Below are positions 1-7,689 of a stretch of DNA of 48,694 bases, in pieces. The DNA comes from a virus (taxonomy: Duplodnaviria; Caudoviricetes). A program made the translations under genes and the position numbers. How positions within the stretch are numbered: position 1 is the stretch's first letter; every line of letters begins with the position of its first letter. The notes under the pieces are model-generated. The model ran no database searches. It was not told the origin of the DNA and saw only the letters and a list, made by a program, of their open reading frames with translations. Location: the IMG/VR virus record IMGVR_UViG_3300033153_005799, positions 1 to 48,694 of that record; one strand, given 5' to 3'.

Positions 1-220
<220 letters not shown>

Positions 221-264
221 GTACACCCACCTTGACGATTTCCGGCACAGCCGGTATTTTATCC

Positions 265-293
265 TTGACAACTGTGATTTAATATGTTATAAT
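265..293 (+). promoter_or_regulatory. consensus sigma70 early promoter
   Basis: TTGACA (265-270), 17-nt spacer with TG extended -10, TATAAT (288-293). Confidence 0.9.
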
Positions 294-330
294 GGTTTAT
301 AAACACTTACAATGAAAGGAGAAACAAGCA

Positions 331-540
331 ATGAAGAAAAACAACAAATTTAGTGTCCTGTCTAATAAGATTTGTGCCTGCGGAAAGGCAATTAAACAGA
401 ATCTTATCGACAAAAACCCTAACGCACACCTCTGTTATAGTTGCTTTAGTTCAGCGCAAGCAAACGATATGGCTACAGCAAGAGAGGTTAGAACAGGTAA
501 GAAGGCGGGAAGAAAGAAAGGTATTTACTTTATTGAATAA
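331..540 (+). CDS. small Cys-containing (zinc-finger-like) early protein
   Basis: AAGGAG RBS; CACG and CYSC pairs; basic C-terminus. Confidence 0.7.
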   Translation: MKKNNKFSVLSNKICACGKAIKQNLIDKNPNAHLCYSCFSSAQANDMATAREVRTGKKAGRKKGIYFIE

Positions 541-547
541 CATGAAG

Positions 548-572
548 AGCCAGTTGGAAACAGCTGGCTTTT
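548..572 (+). terminator. probable intrinsic terminator
   Basis: AGCCAGTTG-GAAA-CAGCTGGCT stem followed by a short T run just after the first ORF. Confidence 0.55.
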
Positions 573-588
573 CGTGCTGGGATTAACT

Positions 589-613
589 AAGAAAAGTCAA
601 CATTTGACCTTTT
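589..613. promoter_or_regulatory. dispersed palindromic element, copy 1
   Basis: AAGAAAAGTCAA-CAT-TTGACCTTTT. Confidence 0.75.
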
Positions 614-627
614 AAACTGGGATTAGG

Positions 628-687
628 ATTGACTCCCTAACAGACCGCAGGAAAGTAAAGAGTCCTGCGGTTGATTAAGGAATCAAT
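628..687. other. long imperfect stem-loop
   Basis: ATTGACTCCCTAA/TTAAGGAATCAAT outer stem, ACCGCAGGA/TCCTGCGGT inner stem. Confidence 0.65.
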
Positions 688-703
688 GAAAGGAGGTGAA
701 ACA

Positions 704-781
704 ATGGAATTCTTTAACATCTGGACACTGGTATATTTTACACTTATATTCATAGCAGGTTGTGCTGCATTAATTAACTGA
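704..781 (+). CDS. 25-aa membrane peptide (not in ORF track)
   Basis: AAGGAGGTG RBS; MEFFNIWTLVYFTLIFIAGCAALIN. Confidence 0.65.
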   Translation: MEFFNIWTLVYFTLIFIAGCAALIN

Positions 782-794
782 AAAGGAGAGAAAG

Positions 795-896
795 ATGAAA
801 AGTTTTAATCCCTGGATATTTACAATAGGACTAATGGCAGGAGTGCTGGTTTTATTGATAGTTTATTCAGCTTCACTAATTAATTATGGAGGTTAG
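795..896 (+). CDS. 33-aa membrane peptide (not in ORF track)
   Basis: AAGGAG RBS; MKSFNPWIFTIGLMAGVLVLLIVYSASLINYGG. Confidence 0.65.
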   Translation: MKSFNPWIFTIGLMAGVLVLLIVYSASLINYGG

Positions 897-897
897 T

Positions 898-1059
898 ATG
901 ACTAAAGAGGAAATGATAAAGGCCTTAGTTAAAGAGAAAGAACATTATAAAGGAAAGCTAAGTACACGCCTTATGAAAGTAGCTGCACTTAAAGCTCTTA
1001 TAGTTAACGTAGATAAAGAAATAAACTGGTTAAGCCATTTAATAAGGAAAGGAGAATAA
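898..1059 (+). CDS. 53-aa hypothetical protein (not in ORF track)
   Basis: GGAGG RBS; fills the gap between neighbouring genes. Confidence 0.65.
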   Translation: MTKEEMIKALVKEKEHYKGKLSTRLMKVAALKALIVNVDKEINWLSHLIRKGE

Positions 1060-1061
1060 CA

Positions 1062-1316
1062 ATGACAAGTAAAGCAAATACACAACACCTTAAATTAATA
1101 AATAGGCTGAAAAAGATTGAGAAGTATAAAGATTCTGTCTTCTGCTTAGACATTACTACCTGGAATGGTCTGAAGACTGAAAAGGATAACACTACAAAAA
1201 TCAGACTTTGGGAACAAGAGGAAGGTTTTATATTTGAAGGAAATACAATGTCAGAACTTGAACGCTTTATAAACAGTGAGAGAAAGAAAGCTGGACTCTT
1301 TCAAGAGAGGAAATAA
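1062..1316 (+). CDS. hypothetical early protein
   Basis: AAGGAG RBS, tight operon packing. Confidence 0.7.
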   Translation: MTSKANTQHLKLINRLKKIEKYKDSVFCLDITTWNGLKTEKDNTTKIRLWEQEEGFIFEGNTMSELERFINSERKKAGLFQERK

Positions 1317-1318
1317 CA

Positions 1319-1516
1319 ATGGTTAACTTAAATAACCCAGACAATGATGGACAAAGCAAGTATGAAGACTACTGGGTAACAGCTACCTACTTTATTGATG
1401 AAGATGCAACATGGGATGCAGTAATAGGTGAAGTTACCTTATCAAAAGACATTACCTACGAAGATATGCCTATTGAACTAGAAATTAATGGAGTAACTTA
1501 TAAAAGGGAGGACTAA
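1319..1516 (+). CDS. small acidic hypothetical protein
   Basis: GAGG RBS; D/E-rich. Confidence 0.7.
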   Translation: MVNLNNPDNDGQSKYEDYWVTATYFIDEDATWDAVIGEVTLSKDITYEDMPIELEINGVTYKRED

Positions 1517-1729
1517 ATGGAAACAAGAAAGAAAACAATAGAGCAATTCAGAATAGAAATTACAGACGCTATCTACTCAGCAATTAAAAAAGAAACTAAT
1601 CGCTCAGCAGAGTTTACACGAACAGCTGACTACTTCAGAGCAAAACTTGCTGAAGCAAAGATTGAAGGACTTCATATTGCTCTTGGTGCAATTATTGATG
1701 CAGCAGCTGTTGAAGTGAAGGAGGAATAA
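1517..1729 (+). CDS. hypothetical protein
   Basis: GGAGG RBS, abuts upstream stop. Confidence 0.7.
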   Translation: METRKKTIEQFRIEITDAIYSAIKKETNRSAEFTRTADYFRAKLAEAKIEGLHIALGAIIDAAAVEVKEE

Positions 1730-1984
1730 ATGACAAGAGAAGAATTTGAAATAGCAAGAGTAACTCCAATATGTAGGAAATGTATGCAAAGGGCTGAGAC
1801 AATCCTCCTCAAGGATGAACCAAGACGTGCCATTATGACAGAAAGCTATAGTCTTGGAAAACCTCGCTTAACTACCTCCTACCAAAGGGAGTATTCAGAC
1901 CTTTGCTTCTTCCATACAAGGGAAGAAAAGTATGAGTATACTAATTGGCGTGGAGTAAGGTTTGGAGAAAGGAATAAAACATGA
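1730..1984 (+). CDS. hypothetical protein with CxxC...CxxH
   Basis: GGAGG RBS; CRKC and CFFH. Confidence 0.7.
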   Translation: MTREEFEIARVTPICRKCMQRAETILLKDEPRRAIMTESYSLGKPRLTTSYQREYSDLCFFHTREEKYEYTNWRGVRFGERNKT

Positions 1985-2394
1985 GAAGTCTACAACTAAC
2001 AGCTAAAGAATGGAAAGCTCTAAAACCATCACAGAAAGAGATGGCTAAACAAATGGGTTTTAAAGCGCCAAAGACACAGAGGAAAAGAAGTAAAAAAGAA
2101 GCCCTCCCCACAGCCCCAAAGGACTATGTCCTTCGTAAGACATTTACCTGCTCTTGTTGCAAGACAATTACTAAAGAAACCTATTATATGAAGTATATCA
2201 AAGAAGAAAGTAAAACCTCCTGGGATGATTGTCTTCGAGCTATTCCCTTCAGTGGAACACAACCACCAGACAAAATTGAAAAGACTTCCCTTCGCAACTG
2301 TAAGAGTTGTAAGTCATCGTTAGACAAGCTATCACGAGAACAGCTTATAACTAAAGTTATGCACCTTAATAGGATAATTAATTATGGAGGTTAG
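1981..2394 (+). CDS. basic zinc-binding hypothetical protein
   Basis: ATGA overlap; CSCC and CKSC. Confidence 0.7.
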   Translation: MRSLQLTAKEWKALKPSQKEMAKQMGFKAPKTQRKRSKKEALPTAPKDYVLRKTFTCSCCKTITKETYYMKYIKEESKTSWDDCLRAIPFSGTQPPDKIEKTSLRNCKSCKSSLDKLSREQLITKVMHLNRIINYGG

Positions 2395-2396
2395 TT

Positions 2397-2690
2397 ATGG
2401 TAAGGAACTATACAGTAATAAGACATATTGCAAGGCTAAAGCTTATATTAGATAACCCTAAACTTTGTGAGCTTTGCCCAGCAATATTAGAATATAATTC
2501 AGATAAGTTTAAACATATTCCTTGGGCAAATGATCCTTGCCAAGTATGTTATACCTTTGTAGGACTAAGAATGGCTGGGTCAAGCTGCCCTTGTAAACAA
2601 GTAGGCCAAGAAGAAGCAGTCCGTCTAACATTAAAAGCTTTAAAAGAGTTCAGATTAAAAGGTCAACGATTGACCTTTCTTAGAAAATAG
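2397..2690 (+). CDS. Cys-rich hypothetical protein
   Basis: GGAGG RBS; CELCP, CQVC, CPC. Confidence 0.7.
   Translation: MVRNYTVIRHIARLKLILDNPKLCELCPAILEYNSDKFKHIPWANDPCQVCYTFVGLRMAGSSCPCKQVGQEEAVRLTLKALKEFRLKGQRLTFLRK
2658..2681. promoter_or_regulatory. dispersed palindromic element, copy 2
   Basis: AAAGGTCAA-CGA-TTGACCTTTCTT. Confidence 0.75.
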
Positions 2691-2701
2691 GAGGAAACTA
2701 A

Positions 2702-3124
2702 ATGAAGCAAATAAACACAACAGAGCTATTCAATTATGTTGTGGAACATCTAAAAGATGGGGAAGCCATTTCTGTTAGCTGTGAAACTGAAGAGCAAATG
2801 GAAAGAGTAAGAGCTGCATTTTACAGACAGAAGCAAGCACTCTATAAAGTTGTAAGAGAGATGGCAAATTCTATTACTATTTCAAGGAGAAAGAAGAGTT
2901 GTTGTCTTATTGTAGGGAAATCTTCAGAGAAGTTTAAAGTACACCTCCTTGACAAGGAAGGTAATGAAACACAAGAGCTTTTCAATGATGATGTAAGACC
3001 TGGAGATGCAGATGAAGTAAGGCAACGGGAGTTAATGGCAGCTGATGGAATAAGTCAGGAAGAGATTGACTTTTACTTTCAAGAAAAAGGAGGTAGTAAT
3101 GAAACAAAGAAAACCAGTGTTTAG
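2702..3124 (+). CDS. hypothetical protein, likely paralog of 3524..3958
   Basis: GGAGG RBS; C-terminal RELMAADGISQEEI matches WKLMKLDGFSANEI. Confidence 0.7.
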   Translation: MKQINTTELFNYVVEHLKDGEAISVSCETEEQMERVRAAFYRQKQALYKVVREMANSITISRRKKSCCLIVGKSSEKFKVHLLDKEGNETQELFNDDVRPGDADEVRQRELMAADGISQEEIDFYFQEKGGSNETKKTSV

Positions 3125-3524
3125 GCTTATACAAAGTATAAATAATAATAGGGTTAGCTTATTTGTACACAGTGCACCTTACGCAAAAACCTATACTAAA
3201 GGTAAAATTGTTACTGCTAATAAAGATAGTATAGGTATATTCTGCTTTAGAACAAAGAAAGAAGCTACTGTATACAAAGACACCAAATTTCTGGTAGGCT
3301 TCCAGCATAAAGTTGAAATAATTAAAGTCTTGCCTATAGGTAGAGGTATCAGTCCTAAGAAGATAGCGTACTACTATACAAAAGAGTGTATTACTATCTA
3401 CAATACTTGGTTAAAACGAGGTAAACCTTCTCTACAAGTAATGTTAAAAACAGAAAAAAAAGTACGTTTTATGTCTCCTGCAAAAGGAGTCATCTGTTAC
3501 CCAGCAGTAAAGGTATTAACCTAA
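3099..3524 (+). CDS. basic hypothetical protein
   Basis: ORF track 3066..3524; ATG at 3099 follows AGGAGG. Confidence 0.65.
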   Translation: MKQRKPVFRLIQSINNNRVSLFVHSAPYAKTYTKGKIVTANKDSIGIFCFRTKKEATVYKDTKFLVGFQHKVEIIKVLPIGRGISPKKIAYYYTKECITIYNTWLKRGKPSLQVMLKTEKKVRFMSPAKGVICYPAVKVLT

Positions 3525-3958
3525 TGTCTCACAGAGAAATTCTAATACAATGGCTGAAAGAAATAAGTGAAGCTGATGCAGGAGATGAGATATTCCTTCC
3601 TACAGATAATAGACAACTGCAAATGGAAACAATAGTTGCTGTTAAGAGGGAACTTCGTATTATGGCTGAAATAGACCCTGTAAAAGCTGCACAGATTCGT
3701 GCGACCAAGGTATTTAGAGACGGAAAACTGTGGGTTGTTTTGAAGAAGATACCACACTCTCCTCTCTTAGGGTTTAAGAAATTAAAAGATGGAGCAATTA
3801 AACGAGTAAATCTGGAGGATTTGTCTACTAAAAGAAGAAGATGGAAACTCATGAAGTTAGACGGATTCTCTGCTAATGAAATAATTGAAAGTGAGAACGA
3901 TTTAACTAAGGACGAAATAGCATTCTTGAAAGGAGGAATAAATGAGAAAGAAACGTGA
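3524..3958 (+). CDS. hypothetical protein, likely paralog of 2702..3124
   Basis: TAATG coupling; shared C-terminal motif. Confidence 0.7.
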   Translation: MSHREILIQWLKEISEADAGDEIFLPTDNRQLQMETIVAVKRELRIMAEIDPVKAAQIRATKVFRDGKLWVVLKKIPHSPLLGFKKLKDGAIKRVNLEDLSTKRRRWKLMKLDGFSANEIIESENDLTKDEIAFLKGGINEKET

Positions 3959-4790
3959 AAACATAATGCTGGCAGTAACAGCCAGTACAGCAAGTATTAG
4001 AAACCTTGGCCCTCAGTTCTTTGTTCAACCTAAGTATAAAGGGCAAAGACTGAGGGTAGAGTGGTTTCATGGAGACCCTGTACTTCTCTCTTCTTACGGA
4101 GAAGAAAGGCTATTCTTTCCACATATTAAGGATGCTTTACTGGAGCTACCACATCTTCCCTGGGATGGTGAAGCCTATGTTCATGGATGGACTCAAGAAC
4201 ATATTAACTCAGTTTGTAACAGAACTGTAAATGAACATCCTGAAGCATATAGAGTAGAGTTTCATATCTTCGATTATCAAGGAATAGCGTCTACTCAGAT
4301 GCATAGGATACAAAGGCTTCTCATCGTTCAACATAAGTTTGGACTGCTCAGTTCTTATAACTCTCCACTTCGCATATCTCCAGTAAAGTTAGCTACACCA
4401 ACCACTTGGATGCCGTGGCTACAGCAGTGGATGGATGAAGACTATGAAGGAATAATATTTCGTAAGCCAGATGCTCTATACGTAATGTCTCGAAGGACAG
4501 GACTTCTTAAATTCAAACCTACTGAAACTGATGAATATACTATAGTAGCTATGACAGAAGCTGTTGATAAATATGGAGTACCTAAAGATATACTTGGAGC
4601 TTTTCATGTTAAAGGTGATGATGGTAATACTTTTAAAGTTGGCGCAGGAAAACTTACTCACGAAAGGAGGAAATACTATTGGAACAATGAAGATGAGGTT
4701 ATTGGGAAGCAACTTTTAACTAAGCACGAAGATAGTAAGACTCGGCACGGAGTCCCTGTCTGTGCTGTTGCAGTGGAGGTAGTGAAATGA
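3942..4790 (+). CDS. ATP-dependent DNA ligase
   Basis: motif I QPKYKGQR, WDGEAY, FHIFD, YEGIIFR, LLKFKP, OB-fold FKVGAG. Confidence 0.9.
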   Translation: MRKKRENIMLAVTASTASIRNLGPQFFVQPKYKGQRLRVEWFHGDPVLLSSYGEERLFFPHIKDALLELPHLPWDGEAYVHGWTQEHINSVCNRTVNEHPEAYRVEFHIFDYQGIASTQMHRIQRLLIVQHKFGLLSSYNSPLRISPVKLATPTTWMPWLQQWMDEDYEGIIFRKPDALYVMSRRTGLLKFKPTETDEYTIVAMTEAVDKYGVPKDILGAFHVKGDDGNTFKVGAGKLTHERRKYYWNNEDEVIGKQLLTKHEDSKTRHGVPVCAVAVEVVK

Positions 4791-5140
4791 GTGAGTCACC
4801 ATCAAAAAGAAGAAGAAAAGGTAGAGAAGCTTTTACTCCCAATACTAACCCTATGGAGTTGCAACCATATAAGGAAGGAACATGGAACTATACATGCCAC
4901 TTACAAGATTGGTTAGATGGTTGGGATGAAGCTGAGAAACAGGCAAATACTCCTACTCCTATCAAAAAATGTCTTGGTAATGTAGACTATCTTGGTGATG
5001 GAGTATACTCTATTTATGACGGCTTTGGAATATGGCTGCACACTAACGATCATAAGCATCCTACAGATAGAATATATATTGAACCGTCTGTATTAGAAGC
5101 ACTTAATAGGTTTGTTAAAAGAATGGAAGGAGATAAGTAA
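4787..5140 (+). CDS. two-domain hypothetical protein, N-terminus resembles Rmf/CrpP fold
   Basis: GREAF...QPY...WLDGWDEA pattern, then YLGDGVY domain. Confidence 0.55.
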   Translation: MSESPSKRRRKGREAFTPNTNPMELQPYKEGTWNYTCHLQDWLDGWDEAEKQANTPTPIKKCLGNVDYLGDGVYSIYDGFGIWLHTNDHKHPTDRIYIEPSVLEALNRFVKRMEGDK

Positions 5141-5367
5141 TGAATAACCAGTTGCAAAACTATGCAAGACGAACTTTAAAAGATAATCTAGCTCAGTTAA
5201 CAGACGATAACAGACTACTATTTAAGCGAATGTATGCTAAGGGCAACCTAAACTTATCAATTAGTGAGGTTGTTGATTTAATGGAAGAAGACAAGCTTGA
5301 TTGGGCAATGCAACAGGTTGAACGATCTCTTATAAACAATCGTCAAGGAAAACATAATAATCGTTGA
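5140..5367 (+). CDS. hypothetical protein
   Basis: AAGGAG RBS, TAATG coupling. Confidence 0.7.
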   Translation: MNNQLQNYARRTLKDNLAQLTDDNRLLFKRMYAKGNLNLSISEVVDLMEEDKLDWAMQQVERSLINNRQGKHNNR

Positions 5368-5393
5368 CATCTGGTAAATTATATGTTATACAT
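5338..5393 (+). promoter_or_regulatory. promoter with conserved upstream element (twin of the late promoter)
   Basis: AATCGTCAAGG-N15-TTGACA (5364-5369)-N17 with TG-TATACA. Confidence 0.65.
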
Positions 5394-5460
5394 AGGCACA
5401 TTCAAAAAATGTTCAATTAACTGCAAGACGGAGGTCTTACATAAGGGGAGGTGATAAACT

Positions 5461-5625
5461 TTGAAGCACGTTTTTGTTCAAGCCCTTTTGCCAGAGGACT
5501 TGCACACCGAGTTGAAGCATCTGGCAATAGATAAAGGACTGGCTATAAAAGCTGTCATTAAGTTGGCAATAATTCATTACTTAAAGAAAGGAGAGAACAA
5601 TGGCAAGAGAGAAGAAATTGACTAA
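5461..5625 (+). CDS. ribbon-helix-helix DNA-binding protein, TTG start (not in ORF track)
   Basis: GGAGGTG RBS; KHVFVQALLPEDLHTELKHLAIDKGLAIKAVIKLAIIHYL fits the CopG/Arc-type pattern. Confidence 0.7.
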   Translation: MKHVFVQALLPEDLHTELKHLAIDKGLAIKAVIKLAIIHYLKKGENNGKREEID

Positions 5626-5971
5626 AGACTTAAGTACAAAACCTGGAATCGTTATTATCACCGTAGCTGGTGGCTCAGAAGGGGCAATGGAATTTCCCTT
5701 CGGTTCACTACCAGAAAAGATTCAGAAGGAGTTTGGGCCTTTTGGTCTTGGGCATAAACTCGGAGATAGTGCCGCTGGCAGGAAAGGGGAAGACGCAGAA
5801 GCTGCCGTCCAAAAGGTTTGGGATGGGCTGCTTGAAGGTAATTGGAGTGTTCGTGCTCCGGCAGTACCGAAGGTTAAAGTCAGTGACATTGTTGCCAAGC
5901 TGGACAAGATTCCAGCGGCACAGCAGGAAACTGCCAAAGCACTGCTTAAAAGCCTTGGTATTGACCTGTAA
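5600..5971 (+). CDS. hypothetical protein, likely paralog of 48080..48499
   Basis: AAGGAG RBS; GLGHKLGDSAAG...LLEGNW. Confidence 0.75.
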   Translation: MAREKKLTKDLSTKPGIVIITVAGGSEGAMEFPFGSLPEKIQKEFGPFGLGHKLGDSAAGRKGEDAEAAVQKVWDGLLEGNWSVRAPAVPKVKVSDIVAKLDKIPAAQQETAKALLKSLGIDL

Positions 5972-5973
5972 AC

Positions 5974-6173
5974 TGCGGCTCGGATGGCTGGCTCTTGTAG
6001 GAATCCCTCCTCAAGGAGCTTTGACCTCTTGAGCTGGCAATTAGTCAGGAAGGCACTCGGCGCTAAGGTGTATTGCCTGTAAGCGATTAGCTTTCCTGAC
6101 TTTTCTATTTGGCTACGGAGATTGTGTGGCTCGTGAGGTGCCACTTCCGCTGTGAATACAGTTTCCGTAGTCA
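5974..6173 (+). ncRNA. candidate structured RNA, three tandem long hairpins
   Basis: GC-rich intergenic region; stems at about 5974-6039, 6043-6101, 6110-6173 with G-U pairs favouring the + strand. Confidence 0.5.
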
Positions 6174-6191
6174 TTTAATAAGGAGTAAGAA

Positions 6192-6398
6192 ATGAGGGCA
6201 AAGTTAAGAGTATGTGCTTCTTGCGAGTGGATTTTTAAAGGATATAAATCATGTCCTAAGTGTGGATTTGCTCACTATTCAGCACTCTACGTATATGGAA
6301 AGAAGTGCTATACCTACGCTAAGACACAACAACCATGGCTTGATAAGAAGATTGGCACTTATATAGATACTTTACAAGAAGAAATTAAAAAGGAGTAA
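6192..6398 (+). CDS. zinc-ribbon protein
   Basis: CASC and CPKCG; AAGGAG RBS. Confidence 0.75.
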   Translation: MRAKLRVCASCEWIFKGYKSCPKCGFAHYSALYVYGKKCYTYAKTQQPWLDKKIGTYIDTLQEEIKKE

Positions 6399-6403
6399 AC
6401 AAT

Positions 6404-7342
6404 ATGCTAAAAATAGACAACACCAAAAGAAAGACCTACGTTTCCTGCCCAAGAAAATACTTCTTTGAATACATCCTCGGTTTAAAAACAGAAAAAGGTT
6501 CAACTCCCCTCCGATATGGAATAGTCTGGCATGATATGATGGAAGCCTTTTATAAGAGTATAAAGGAGTTAGGTTGGACAGGTAATGAGGAAGCTATGAA
6601 GGCTGCTATAGTAGCAGGACAAAAATCTTGGGATGAATATACAGGAAGTCAAGAATTCTGGGTAGACTACCGCACCTTAGAAAATGCAGTACAATCCTTC
6701 CTTGAATACATCAATCACTACGTTGGTGATGAAGGTTTTATGGAAATAGAAGATGTTGAAAGCATCTTTCAAATTGAGACTCACTGGAGTAGTGAAGAGG
6801 AAGAAGCTGCTTTCCCGTCTCTAAAACCATTTATGTTCACAGGTAAAAAGGATTTAATGGTAAGGTTAAATGACCAGCCTTGGATTTATGAGCACAAAAC
6901 AAGTGGCTGGCCTATCAAGAAAGTCAAGCAAGACCTACATAGAAGTCCTCAGGTAATGGGCTACACCTGGGCAGGAAAGATTGAGTATCCTATCGAAGAA
7001 CCTGCTGGTGTCCTTGTGTCTTACCATCACCTCAGTTGTTACAAGAGAAAAGACGGCTCATATGGAAATCCAAAGATAGACTTTGAAAGGGTTCCTCAAA
7101 TCTATACCAATGAAGACTTGGATAATTGGCGTCAGAGCTTCCTCTCCACAGTTGAACGAATTCAAATAGAAATGGACAGAAACATCTGGCCTATGGGTCA
7201 TGACTCTTGTTACCAGTATGGAAGGTGTTCTTACTGTAATATATGTGAGATGAACAAAGACATACACACCTTAATAGAGAATGTTCCTTATGGTTATTAT
7301 ATAACTGAGCCATGGGATGTTACTAATGAAAAACATTCATGA
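6404..7342 (+). CDS. PD-(D/E)XK Cas4/RecB-like exonuclease
   Basis: N-terminal CPRKY, GKKD, EHKT, QxxxY, C-terminal Cys cluster CxxxxxCxxxxxC. Confidence 0.85.
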   Translation: MLKIDNTKRKTYVSCPRKYFFEYILGLKTEKGSTPLRYGIVWHDMMEAFYKSIKELGWTGNEEAMKAAIVAGQKSWDEYTGSQEFWVDYRTLENAVQSFLEYINHYVGDEGFMEIEDVESIFQIETHWSSEEEEAAFPSLKPFMFTGKKDLMVRLNDQPWIYEHKTSGWPIKKVKQDLHRSPQVMGYTWAGKIEYPIEEPAGVLVSYHHLSCYKRKDGSYGNPKIDFERVPQIYTNEDLDNWRQSFLSTVERIQIEMDRNIWPMGHDSCYQYGRCSYCNICEMNKDIHTLIENVPYGYYITEPWDVTNEKHS

Positions 7343-7466
7343 AGTTTTAGAACCTATATACAAATATGTTCGAGAAATTAGGAAAGAAGAACCTGAAAGG
7401 GCAAAGCGAATAGCTCAAATTTGCCTTGAATTAGTTATAGCTATAAAGAAGTTAGATAGGAGGTAA
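7326..7466 (+). CDS. 46-aa hypothetical protein (not in ORF track)
   Basis: fills the gap to 7468; weak RBS. Confidence 0.45.
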   Translation: MKNIHEVLEPIYKYVREIRKEEPERAKRIAQICLELVIAIKKLDRR

Positions 7467-7467
7467 A

Positions 7468-7686
7468 ATGACTAAAGCTCAAGAGTGGGCAAGACAAAGG
7501 AATGGTATTAAGTTTAGATTGGCAGGAGTAAGAGAAAACCTTCGGATGATGACAATCTCAAATGTTATACTGTCAACAGAAAAGAAGGAAATGAAGAGAG
7601 CCATATTATTCCTTGATGAAGTCATAGGTTCTTGGAGAACAAGGAATGGTATGTCGAAGAAAAAGTTCATGGAAGGAGGTAAATAA
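7468..7686 (+). CDS. hypothetical protein
   Basis: AGGAGG RBS. Confidence 0.7.
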   Translation: MTKAQEWARQRNGIKFRLAGVRENLRMMTISNVILSTEKKEMKRAILFLDEVIGSWRTRNGMSKKKFMEGGK

Positions 7687-7689
7687 TTT

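Noticed and set aside
5974-6173. tRNA genes
   Set aside because: No cloverleaf spacing, TTC T-loop or CCA end recognisable.
5670-6174. ORFs 5670..6032 (+) and 5722..6174 (-)
   Set aside because: They overlap a gene with a good RBS and a GC-rich hairpin region that is naturally poor in stop codons.
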